From Epiperipatus broadwayi (Eukaryota > Animalia > Onychophora): DNA of 64,000 nt. Positions 48,770 through 59,734 of the stretch are shown here, one piece after another. The DNA is taken from the NCBI GenBank assembly GCA_028023455.1, contig JAQFVV010000007.1, positions 9,362,001-9,426,000 of the forward strand, given 5' to 3'. Both the position numbers and the translations under genes were made by a program. A model generated the notes under the pieces. It had not been told where the DNA came from and did no database searches. It worked only from the letters and a program-made list of their open reading frames with translations. Every line of letters starts with the position of its first letter. Positions within the stretch are counted from its first letter, which is position 1.

Positions 48770-51700
48770 ATTAGTTGATGAAAGAACCTATTCTGGAAGA
48801 CTTGGTATGGCAGGGTATAAATAGAAAAGAAAAAGAAAAAAAGGGTGGTGGTATAGGAGTTATGTCAAAAAAATCTTTAAATACTGTTAAATGTCAAGAA
48901 TGTTTGTGGTTTGAGATAAAGTTAGGAAGACAAGAATGGATGGTGGCTATAGTTTATATAACTACTGGGGATAGACAAACTATAATGGAGTGGAACAGTT
49001 AGCATATATGAATGCCTAGTTAAGGATATATGGAGTTTCAAAGAAAAGGAAAAAAGAATAATGGTTATAGAAGATATGAATGGACATATTGAAGAAATTG
49101 ATGATATAGGTAATAAGAATGGACAGCTTTGGAAGAATTTTTGTCAGAGAGTAAATTTGAGCATTGGAAATTTATCGAATATTTATGAGGGATAATACAC
49201 ATGGTCTAGAAATAATATATTCCACACAATAGATTATGTATTAGTAGACAAAGAGGGAATGAATAAAGTACAGAAAATTAAGGTGTTTGATAATGAAGAG
49301 AGACTATATAATAGTGATCATAACTTCTTTATAATAGAAATGGTTAGTAATGTAATGAAAAATAGTAATAAACGTAGAAAAGATAGTGAAAAATGTGGAT
49401 GGAGAGTGAATGATAGGAATAAGTTAAAAGACTATAAAATAAAAGTTGAAGAAACCATGGAAGAGTTGGTTGGGAATGAGTATAAGGACTGTGGTGAAAT
49501 AGAAAAAGTGCAAATAGGGTTTTAGGTGAGAATATTCAGAAGAATAAAAATAATAGGAAAATGAGAGTTAGTAAAAGTGTAAAAGAGAGGGGGAAGCATG
49601 CAGAGAATATAAGTGTGCTATTAAAAACAAAGAAAGTGAAAAAGATGTTAATACTAAATGGGAAAAGTACTTAGAAAAAAAGAAGTTGGCTAAAATGGAT
49701 AATTATAGAGAGAGAATGAAATTGAATAGTAAACTGTTGGAAGATATTAATAAAAGTGGAAAAGATGGGGGTAAAAAATTTTGGAAGTACATTAAAAGAA
49801 AGAATGTAGGGGAGAGAGATTTAGTATTACTAGATGATGAGGGAATAAAGTGTAGCTCTAAGATAAGAATTAGAGATAGTCTTAAACAAGTATGTAATGG
49901 ATATAGAAAATATGTTAGATGTGAAGGACAGAGTGATAGCAAACACAAGAGCATATAGTAATGGGAATATACAATTTAGAGAAAATGAACTGAATGAGGC
50001 AAGTAAGAAATTGAATGGTGGAAAGGCAAGAGGTTTGGATGGATGGGAAGTAGAGATCGTAATGAATTTAGGGCAGAAGGCAAAATTAAAACTATTGTCA
50101 TGTTTTAATAAGATGGCACAGAAGACAGATTTTCTGGGTAGTTGGAGTAATACAAGAGTAAGGCTATTATTTAAAAGAAAGGATAAGGATCATAGAAAGT
50201 TAAACAATGATATATTGATAGTGGTAGCATCAGTGCTATATAAAGTGTTCTTGTATATGGTGGCTGGAAGGGTTGCAAAATTGATGGAAGAAAATAATAT
50301 AGTGGGAGAAATGCAAGGAGATTTTCGATCAGAGAGGCATATAGAAGATAGTTTATTTGTAGTTACACAACTTATGAATATGAGTAGGAATACAGGTAGG
50401 CAGTTATATATGGTTTTTATAGATATAGAGGTGTGTGATAGAGTAAATAGAAATAGATTATGGGTAAGTTTAATAAATTTGGGAATGGATGGAGCTTTAG
50501 TAGATATTATTAAAAAATTATATGAAATTAATTACTTTATGTATCAATTATGGAATATAGAATCAGTTAAAGTTAAAAATGGGGTGGCACTAAGGCAAGA
50601 ATGTCCTCTGTCACCTATTTTGTTTTTGTTGTATTTGAGAAAAATGGAGAGAACAATAGAAAGACTAGGCAGAGGGGTAGAGATACCATTAATAGGTGTC
50701 AAGGGAGTATATATATTGTCAGGTCTTTTATTTGCAGATGTTGTTTTTTTGTGTGTGTAAAAAAAAGGGAAGATATGGAAGTTAAGCTGAGGATATGCAC
50801 AAAGATGGGTAAAGAGATGGGGATTAAATTAAGTGAACAAAAATCAGAAGTAATGGTTATTAATACTGGGGAAAGAAGATATAAAGAATTTTTACTGGGG
50901 GATAAAAAGTTAAGTGTGGTGAATATATATAACTATTTAGGAATCATCTTAAGTAGTTAAGAAAATGTTTGGATGAATGAGAGAAAAAATTGATAAATGA
51001 AGCAAAGAAAAGAAAGGGATTGATAAATGAATTAACAATGTTCTCATATAATAAATATGATGTAGCTAGAATTGTATGGGAGTGGCAGTAGCAGTTTTAA
51101 CATATGGTAATGATGCATTATGTGTTAATAAAGAAGTATTAGATTACTTTAAAAAAGTACAAAGAGAAGTAGGAAGACATGCATTAGATGCAAAAGTGTG
51201 AATGGAAAAGGAGGCAATTAAGGAAAAATAGGATTGTCAAGTTTTTATATGAGAGATGCAAAAAGCAAAATGAAAATGTTCTGTAGATTGCAGTTTATGG
51301 ATAATAAAAGAATTGAGTTATGAATAAAGGGCAAGCAACAAGATGGGTGTGAAAGGTAATGTGATATGCAGAAGATTTAGATAAAAAATTTACATTAGTA
51401 TATTTATACAAAAGGTGGGATGATTGTGTTAGAAGAATTGTTGAGTGTTATAGTGTCAAGGAATGTGCTAGCAGAATAGATTCATTAATAAAGAATAGGG
51501 AGTTGAAGAGATGGAGAGCTAGTATGGAGAGTAAAAAGAGTTAAATATTTATAGAAGTAAACAGAATATTGGGTGTGAGTTAATTTATGATAATAGCAAG
51601 GAAAGTAGTTTACTGTTTAAGGCTCGAGCAACAAGGGAATATACGCATAAATGGAAAAATATGGGTAATTTAGTCTGCAAGTTGTGTAAGGAAGACATAG

Positions 51701-52025
51701 AAAATATTAGGCATCTGTTAATTGAATGTAAATGTCTGAAAGCAGAAAGGGTACAAATAATGAAATTGTGAAAAAATAAATATGAACAAAGTGATTATAC
51801 AGAAGGTGACTTATTGGTTTTTATGCTGGGTTTGTGAAAAGATAAAGGGGATTTAGATATAAAGGCCATGGAGTTGACAAAGTTTATATTTTGGAAATGG
51901 AATGGAACAGGATAGAGAAGAATATGGGAGAACTTGGGGCTTAGAATGGAAAGGGAAGTCAAAATGGCTAACAGGTTTCTCAGGGCATAATTGCTGAGAG
52001 ATTCCTGACTCCATATAAGAAGAAG
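48770..52025 (+). mobile_element. Non-LTR retrotransposon relic (APE endonuclease + RT + CCHC), clade uncertain
   Basis: Endonuclease motifs KKGGGIG, TW..NNIFHTIDYVLVD and SDHN. RT motifs GKARGLDG, EMQGDFR, YMVFIDI, RQECPLSPILF, LLFADVV and YNYLG. CKLCKEDIENIRHLLIEC at ~51675-51729. Ends CCATATAAGAAGAAG. Multiple stops and frameshifts. Confidence 0.9.
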
Positions 52026-52459
52026 TCACAGTGCATCATGTCACATCACATAATGTTAAAATAGATGGTGTGCTGAAAAAGGCTTTTTATGTATAATTAT
52101 TTTCAATATATATTTTGCTGTTGTATATAATTTTTTTATTATTTATTTTATGATTTATTATACTAACAAAATTAATAACAATAATAAAAATATAAGCAGA
52201 ATTTCAATGACAACATAATTTAGTAGAGATAAAATTTAAAACATCTTTTAACAGAATAAAAAAGAACGAGACAACAAAAAAGATCAGTGTTAAATTGAAT
52301 GAGCTTATTAGACTTATTGGATAAATAAATAAGTAAATTTAACTGTAAAATAGTAAATGAAGGCAAAACTCTCTCCATACAGTAGTGCCACCCTGTGCTA
52401 AACAGAGTAATCAATGGATGCCAGAAGGCTTGTGCATAAAATCCCTATCTAATGCCTAC

Positions 52460-52520
52460 TCATCAAATATCCCCAGACTAGTTTCTGGCTTGTGGCCATC
52501 GTCAGTGAGGAACTTTGGAT
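52460..52520 (-). ncRNA. Type I hammerhead ribozyme (family A, minus arm)
   Basis: TCCTCA-CTGACGA(52505-52499)-TGGC CACAA GCCA-GAA-AC TA GT-C-TGGGGA. Predicted cleavage between 52476 and 52475. Confidence 0.75.
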
Positions 52521-52929
52521 CTGAGAGCACTGCACCTAGATCTTAGGATCTAATGCAACCCTCCAGCAATCACCTTTTATCTGTATTTAACTACAAAACT
52601 ATGAGAATGAAATTGAAAACATAAAAAATATTTTCAATCTAAGCTCAATAGCTTATATAGTCATATGGGTCTGAACTCAATTCAGCACCCATATTTTTTG
52701 GTGTCTTGGCTTTTTAACAACCATAGCCACCACTATCCTATTAGGCAGGATTGGTGTTAAACCACTAAGCATCACATGATCACTATCTCATACTAGCACA
52801 TAATTGTTTAGATTGAAAATATTTTTTATGTTTTCAATTTCATTCTCATAGTTTTGTAGTTAAATACAGATAAAAGGTGGTTGCTGGAGGGTTGCATTAG
52901 ATCCTAAGATCTAGGTGCAGTGCTCTCAG

Positions 52930-52991
52930 ATCCAAAGCTCCTCACTGATGATGGCCACAAGCCAGAAACTAGTCTGGGGATATTCGATGAG
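52930..52991 (+). ncRNA. Type I hammerhead ribozyme (family A, plus arm)
   Basis: Stem I TCCTCA(52939-44)/TGGGGA(52975-80), CTGATGA at 52945-52951, stem II TGGC/GCCA, GAAA at 52965-68, palindromic stem III ACTAGT and GUC triplet at 52972-52974. Confidence 0.8.
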
Positions 52992-53599
52992 TAGGCATTA
53001 GATAGGGATTTTATGCACAAGCCTTCTGGCATCCATTGATTACTCTGTTTAGCACAGGGTGGCACTACTGTATGGAGAGAGTTTTGCCTTGTTTATAAAC
53101 AATTATGTGCTAGTATGAGATAGTGATCATGTGATGCTTAGTGAAAATAGTAAATGCTTAAAAAAAAATTTAAATGCTGCAATAAAAATAATAATTTATA
53201 AAGAAGAGAGGGGAAAGGTCTTAGGTTAATTATAAGAATACTGATAAAGATTAATTCTGTGGATTATAGAAATATATATGTATAACTTAATAGTGAATTG
53301 ATTTTTAAATAGATTAAGGTAAGACAGATATCCAAAAAAAATGGAGAGAATTAGGAAATTAGGGTTTGATTTTATAACATGTAATAGAATAAGTCTCTTT
53401 TGCAAAAAATGGCATGTTCCAGGAAATGGTAAAATTATTCTTGTGTTAAAAGGTGATAGACAAATAGAGAAATTGTTGCAAAATTATATTTAAAATGTCA
53501 AAATGATAAAGATTTATAGATAGAATATATTTATATATATAAAATGTAAAATTATATGTTCATGTATATTTGTAGTCATGTATTTGTATTGTGTTTGTT

Positions 53600-53645
53600 A
53601 TAGTTCTGAAGAAGATTGCTGGTGCAATCGAAACTGTCATATTAG
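53600..53645 (+). ncRNA. Minimal PLE-type hammerhead motif (family D)
   Basis: CTGAAGA(53606-12)-A-GATTGC TGGT GCAATC-GAAAC-T-GTC has a perfect 6-bp stem II and a GUC triplet. Stem I is poor. AATAAA lies ~40 nt downstream. Confidence 0.55.
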
Positions 53646-53719
53646 GTTGTAAAATAAGCATTGTAAAAGTAATAAAGACCATAGATGATATTAATATAAT
53701 ATAGAAGTAACCACATGAT

Positions 53720-55332
53720 TGAAAGAATGCAATGATACTGATGTTTAAAAAAGGTGATAAAAAAGATATTAGAAATTGTAAACATATTCTTTTGTCAGTT
53801 CTACATTAGATCTTTACTAAGATCAATGCACTTCACCTGCAGTAAAATCAACCCAACTAGAGGAACTATTAGATTTAAAAGTGATTTTACCACAATGCAT
53901 CACATCAAAAATTGAGAAAAGTTATTGAAAAGATTAATGAGAATGAGTTGCCTTTATGCTTTGGATTTGTAGATTATGAAAAGGCATTTGACTCTGTAAA
54001 CCTTTTCATGATATTTGAAGCATCAAAACATCAATATATAGGCTCCAGATATTATCAAATCTGAAGAATATTTATCAAAATTCATTTGTGATTGATAAAT
54101 ATATGTAACAGTGAGATTTTCTATATAAAACACCATATGATCACCATTTTCTATGTTTACACTAGCTATTAAAATAGTAGCAAACTCTTGGTACAGTAGT
54201 GGCGCCCAAGACAAGCCATAGTAATCAGTGAATGTTTAAAGGTTTGTGCATAAAATCCATATCTAATCTCTACTTATTTATTATTCTCAGACAAGATTCT
54301 GGTTAGTGGCTGTCATTTTAAGCTCATAGCTTTATAGTTAACTAAATAAATAGAAGGTAATTGCTGGGGAGTTGTATTAATCCAAAGATCTAGGTGCAGT
54401 GCTTTCATATCCAGGTTCCTCACTGATGAAAGCCGCAAGCTAGAAACTATTCTGGGGATATTGGATGAGTAGGCACAAATAGGAATTTTATGCATAAACC
54501 TTCTAACATCCATAGATTACTATGGCAAGCAATGGGTGCACTACTATATGGAGAATTTGCTACTGAAGTGATTTGGCATCTTCAAATTTTTTTATAGCTG
54601 TTTATAAAAAATATTTTGTGAATTAAAATAATAAGCTAAGGAAATAAAAATATGTTGAAGATGATGTAATTGTTTTTGCAAATAATGCTTGAGAGATTCT
54701 GGAAATATTGCAGGAGTTATCAGATGATATAAAAAAAGTAGGATTAAAAGTATAAGCTAAAATGACTGAAATAATGTTCAATGACTTTTCAAAAATGAAG
54801 AAAAGAAATATTGCTAATAATGAATTAGAAATAACTATAAATTTACTGATCCATATTATTAATACTAATGAAAGCTTAATGGATGAAATTAACCATACAA
54901 TTAAACTTGGTTAAGTGGCTTTTAGAAGAAATAAACTTACTATTCAAAAAAAATATGCCTATGTGCTAGATAAAGAAGATTTTTAATTAGATGAATTTTG
55001 ACAGATGTTAAAAGGTAGAAATACAAAGACATCAGATCAGAGTGAAATATGGGAAGATGTACTTTAAGACTTACAACAAGGGATTGAAAGTGACATCAAG
55101 AGGCTGAAATGGAGCTAAACTATACATATTGCCAGAAAATATGATAATAGATGAAATTGTTGAAGTATTAAACTGACTGCCAGAAAATGTAGAAAACCTA
55201 GAGAGAGACTATGTTTGAGATGGGCAATGATATAAAGAAATTTGCTGGTGTGGTGTGGGAAAATGAAATAAACTTAAAATATTCTTATGTAGTTGATTGA
55301 TTGTGATTGAAAATGATGATGATGATGATGAT
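53720..55332 (+). mobile_element. RTE-1-type LINE relic (RT to 3' end), interrupted by family A
   Basis: ILMFKKGDKKDIRN, FVDYEKAFDSV (~53966-53998), DDVIVFAN, IKRLKWS and a (GAT)n tail at 55309-55332. Confidence 0.85.
54125..54566. mobile_element. HHR family A tail-out inverted insertion nested in the RTE
   Basis: Minus arm ~54125-54318 and plus arm ~54320-54566 with CTGATGA at 54423-54429, AGC-CGCAA-GCT, AGAAAC and a TTC triplet (stem III G mutated). TSD not resolved. Confidence 0.85.
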
Positions 55333-55724
55333 GACTCTTGTAATGAGAGAACTGAGACCACAGAAGTGAAGTAGGATTAGAGAGAGAGAAATAATAACAT
55401 CAATAAAGAAAACAAGTGTACTGAAAAATAGAAAATAAAGTATTAGTTAAAAGCTCTAGCTAATATAAAATTTGACAAAGTGTAGGAAATTAATGACATC
55501 ACAGTTTAATTATTAAAAGCTGTAAAAATGATATGAAAGAATAAAATATTGTAATATAATTTATGATTTAGGAGAGAGGATAGTAGACTTTCTTTCAGAT
55601 AATGTGTGTTTGGGTTGTATAGATAGATTGCTAAGACAATAGGACATTTGGCATCAAAGGCATTTATAAAATTATCATCTATATAAAATAATAGAGCATA
55701 CATATATGTTCATGATGTAGATTA

Positions 55725-56085
55725 TTGAAAGCTTTGATATGGTCCATTGAAGTATATGGATATGAAGCATGGAGATTGGAGAAGCAAGAGAAAACAAAAA
55801 TTGATGCTTTTAAAATGAAGTGTTATAGAAAAATGCTTGGCATACCCTGGGCAGCTAAGAAAACAAATGAATGGGTTTTGGAAAAGATAGCTACAAAGAG
55901 GCAACTTGGAAATGGTAAAATGATAAAAAATTATAACATATTGGACATGTGACTAGCCAAATTAGCACCCTTTAAAAGAATATCACATTTGCTATGGTGA
56001 ATGGATCAAGAGAAAGAGTATGATAAATATTGTCATGCATGAATAACATTATCAAATGAACAGGATTGACAATCTTGGGGATATA
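55725..56085 (+). mobile_element. RTE-type LINE 3' fragment (second family)
   Basis: KALIWSIEVYGYEAWRLEKQEKTKIDAFKMKCYRKMLGIPW..KKTNEWVL is the typical RTE YG.E.W...AFEM.C.R.ML.I.W motif. Confidence 0.8.
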
Positions 56086-56091
56086 CAGAAA

Positions 56092-56668
56092 ATTAAACCA
56101 CTAAACATCACATAATCACCATTTCTTATGCTTGCTCATAACTGTTATTAAAATAGGCAAAACTCTCCATACAGTAGTGCCACTCAAAAGTAAATGATGA
56201 CCATGTGATGTTTAGTGCTTTAATACCAATCCTGCTTAATAGTATAGTGATGGCTAAGGTTATTAAAGAACCAAAAATACTAAAATGTATGGGTACTGAA
56301 CTGAGTTCAGACCTATATGACTACATAAGCTAATGAGCTTGGATTGAAAATATTATTGTGTTTTCAATTTAAGACTCATAGTTTTGTAGTTAAGTAGAAA
56401 TAAAATATGGCAGCTGGGACTCATAGTTTTGTAGTTAAGTAGAGATAAAAGATGGCAGCTGGAGGGTTGCATTAGATCCTAAGATCTAGGTGCAGTGCTC
56501 TCAGATCCAAGGCTACTCAATGATGAAAGCCATAAGCTAGAAACTAGTCTGGGGATATTAGATGAGTAGGCACTAGATAGGGATTTTATGCACAAGCCTT
56601 CTGGCATTTATTGATTACTCTGGCTTGCACTAAGTGGCACTACTGTATGGAGAGTTATGTCTGTTTTA
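56092..56668. mobile_element. HHR family A insertion (short minus stub plus near-full plus monomer), 11-bp TSD
   Basis: ATATACAGAAA at 56081-56091 and 56669-56679. Core ATGATGA (C3 to A at 56520), otherwise intact with GAAACTAGTC. Internal 45-bp duplication at 56373-56462. Confidence 0.9.
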
Positions 56669-57489
56669 ATATACAGAAATCAGAGAAAATAATTGTCTGG
56701 TGCCAATCTATTCACACTGTCACCGATGATGATGATATATCTGAAGGGTAATTTAGTTTTAAATTAGATAGAAAAACAAAAGATTCTAATGAAATAATGA
56801 AAACTATTGTTGAGAAATATACAAAAAAGAAAAGTGAGTTAATATTTTGTTTGTTGTTCTTAAAGGCACATTTGAAAAGATAATTAGGTTATTTTACAGG
56901 TTTTAAGTATATTTAAATATAACATTACAAATCGAAAATGAGAACTGAAGTTGGATTAATTATTCCAAGTGTTTAACTTTAATTAAAGAGATATTTTATT
57001 GTTTGCCTGGATTTAAAGTTTATATATGGGCTAGAAATAATATGATAATCTCCAGACTTGTAAATAATTAGGAATAATCATTATAATGAAATCAATTTTA
57101 AAAGTGCAGAAAGTGTGACCCTCAAATACCAACTTGTAATAATTTGATAGTAATAAATACTAAACAATTGATGAATTGTGACCTGAGTCAAGTGACAAGT
57201 GTTTGGAAATAATTTACCTTTTTCAGACGTTTTTATTTATGTTTCAAGTTTATGTGATGGAGTAAAAAAGATATTACACATAGAAAAAATGAGATGACAT
57301 TGAATTACTTTATGTGCTTGTGTTTCGTTTTAACCAAGATTTAAAGTTTGTGCCTGGGATAAGATAGGATAATATATATCCTAATAAATAATTAGTAATA
57401 GTCATTAATACGTAGATGGTATCACAGACAGTAAATTTGGCACTTGTAATTCAAATTTATAACAAATCTTAAATGTAGAGAAAACAAAA

Positions 57490-58105
57490 ATGGATCAACT
57501 GATGATTGCTGGTTTAGCATGAAATACGTCTATCTGTGATTATTTATCTTTTCAACATGTGCGTTATTAGGTGGGTCTGCAATATGAGATGGCATGGAGA
57601 GTTGAGGGTCGTGTGAAAGTCTGAGTTCGAAGCCCTTATATATTACATTACATGTGCAGGTGGGTGTAAGCCTTTACAGAGTATTAAATTACAGACTGAA
57701 ACATAGTGTGTTAAAGGTTTGCCCATCCCTTGCATATGTATATAAAATGGATTATTCTCCGGTTCATGAGGGGACAGAATGACTAACATCAACATGGGTA
57801 GGATGACAACCTTGACACTAAAGTGGACATTGAATGTTCCACAATCAGATTTTCAATAAAATGGACAACTGAAGAGTTGTGGGTTGGAGTAGTTTGAAGC
57901 ATGTCCATCAAAGTATAAAGATTGGCTATCTTAATATAAAGCTGAGCACTGATTGTATATATGAGAGGAGATAGTAATCTGGACCAACATATATTGGTGA
58001 TTATTTATCTTTTCAACATGTGTGTGATCAGGTGAGTCAGCAATATGAGATGGCATGGAGAGTTGACAGTCGTGTAAAAGTCTGAGTTCGAATCCCTTAT
58101 ATAAA
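57490..58105 (+). mobile_element. HHR family B partial tandem (direct repeats ~489 bp apart)
   Basis: GGATCAAC at 57492 and GGACCAAC at 57981 each begin a copy ending GAAAGTCTGAGTTCGAA.CCCTTATA. The first has CTGATGA at 57499-57505 and the second lacks the catalytic core. Confidence 0.8.
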
Positions 58106-59734
58106 AATGTAGATTGTAAGAAAAGATGTTTTAAAAAATTTGTATATAAATCAAAGATATTTGTATGTATAAGAATTAGTATTATGTGTATATTTTTTGC
58201 AGTTAATGTGATTGGTCTTTAAATGTAGTGTAAAGCTGACAGTTGGTTAATACTAAAAAATTATAGTCGATGGTTTTTAAATATGTGGAAAGTTGGTCAG
58301 CTAATCGAGGAAGTAATGACAACTATGTTAGATGAACAGTTCAATGACTAATTTTTAATAAGATTAGAAAGGTATTGTATGGTTCAATGGAACTACATAT
58401 AATCAAACGACACTTTAAAATTTTATTTTAAGTATAAAAAAAGGCAGCAAGGGAAAAGTGAGAATAGAAGATTGGAAACAGTACAGATTTGAATTTAAAT
58501 GGTAATGGGTGGCGGTAGAGATATATGGGATTAGTAAGGTTGAAAAAGAGTAAATGCATATATTGTTTTGTTGTTGTTGAGAAACTGTATAGAGAAACTG
58601 AATTAGGAATGAACCTAAAAAGCAGAGAAATTATGAATACTGTGAAGAGACATGAAAAAGTGGAGTACAGGAAATGGGTGATCATTAGTTTTCAAATTTT
58701 ATAAAGTAGAGCAAAAAACAAAAAGTTCTTAATTAAGTATTTGTTTTAACATGTGGAATCTAGTTTTGAGTTGATAAGTAAAAGCAGGGCTTTTTTGTCA
58801 TGTAATGTGGTGGAACAGCAATCTGGCACTCTTTAGTATATTTTTAATGTTTCAAACATAATTCGATGAAGCAGTATCACATGTACATAATTACAATCCA
58901 TATTTATATAATTTCAAACAAATAAAAAATATGAAGTTTTATGAATCAGATGAAATATGGATGGAATGAAAACTGGACTTGTCCCCATCTCCATTGGTCA
59001 TTTGTTGTCAATGACTAAATATAATGATGCATGAGCAGCCAGTATTGTCTGAAGTTTGTGATTAAATACACGTGTCATGATTAACAGTGTGTGAAATATT
59101 TAATTTCTTTATTTTTATTGTAATTTTGTCATTTTTATTTTATTTATTTTTTGGTGTAAAAGTTTACCCCAAGTTTAAAAATGAAAAACATTTCCAGTTA
59201 CTTCTCAGTCATCAGTCCCACTAATAAAAAATCCAAACAACACCAGAAAATATGGAAATGTTGGTGTAAGTTGATGTTCCTGAATATCTCAAGTGGAGAA
59301 CATCATTCGGCCATAGACACTACCACTAAAAAAATGAATTGAGATGATTTGTCAGACGAGAATTGGACAAAACTTTGGAAATCACTATAAACTTTTATTC
59401 AATTGTATAAAGTTTTACAATTTCATTTTACATTTAGTTATCAGCTGTATATTTGTATTTGATTATTTAACTTTAGATTTAACATGTCTAATAAATTATG
59501 ATAAATTTTGTTTAATTTTTTTTATTTATTTCGTAGCATTGGAAAAACTGCTTTAAATTTCATTTAAATGAATATAATTTTTTTTAATAAAAAGCTTGGC
59601 AAGAAATGGTTCCACCATCTTTTATTATTAAAAAAAAGCCCTAGGTAAAAGTGATAATAATATTTTATAAAAATGATACACAAGTTGTTAAATAAATAAT
59701 TGATAATTAATTGCAAAAAACACTAAGAATATTA

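Larger units (their letters stand above)
52360..53143. mobile_element. HHR family A, best-preserved insertion: near-full monomer (minus) plus 336-bp inverted arm (plus), 13-bp TSD
   Basis: AAAATAGTAAATG at 52347-52359 and 53144-53156. The arms are nearly identical and both ribozyme cores are intact. Confidence 0.95.

Noticed and set aside
52360-53143. Family A palindromes as MITEs or DNA transposons
   Set aside because: Arm length and inversion point differ in every copy, the two ends are different positions of the monomer, TSD length varies from 11 to 14 bp, and copies are circularly permuted. This does not fit fixed TIR elements.
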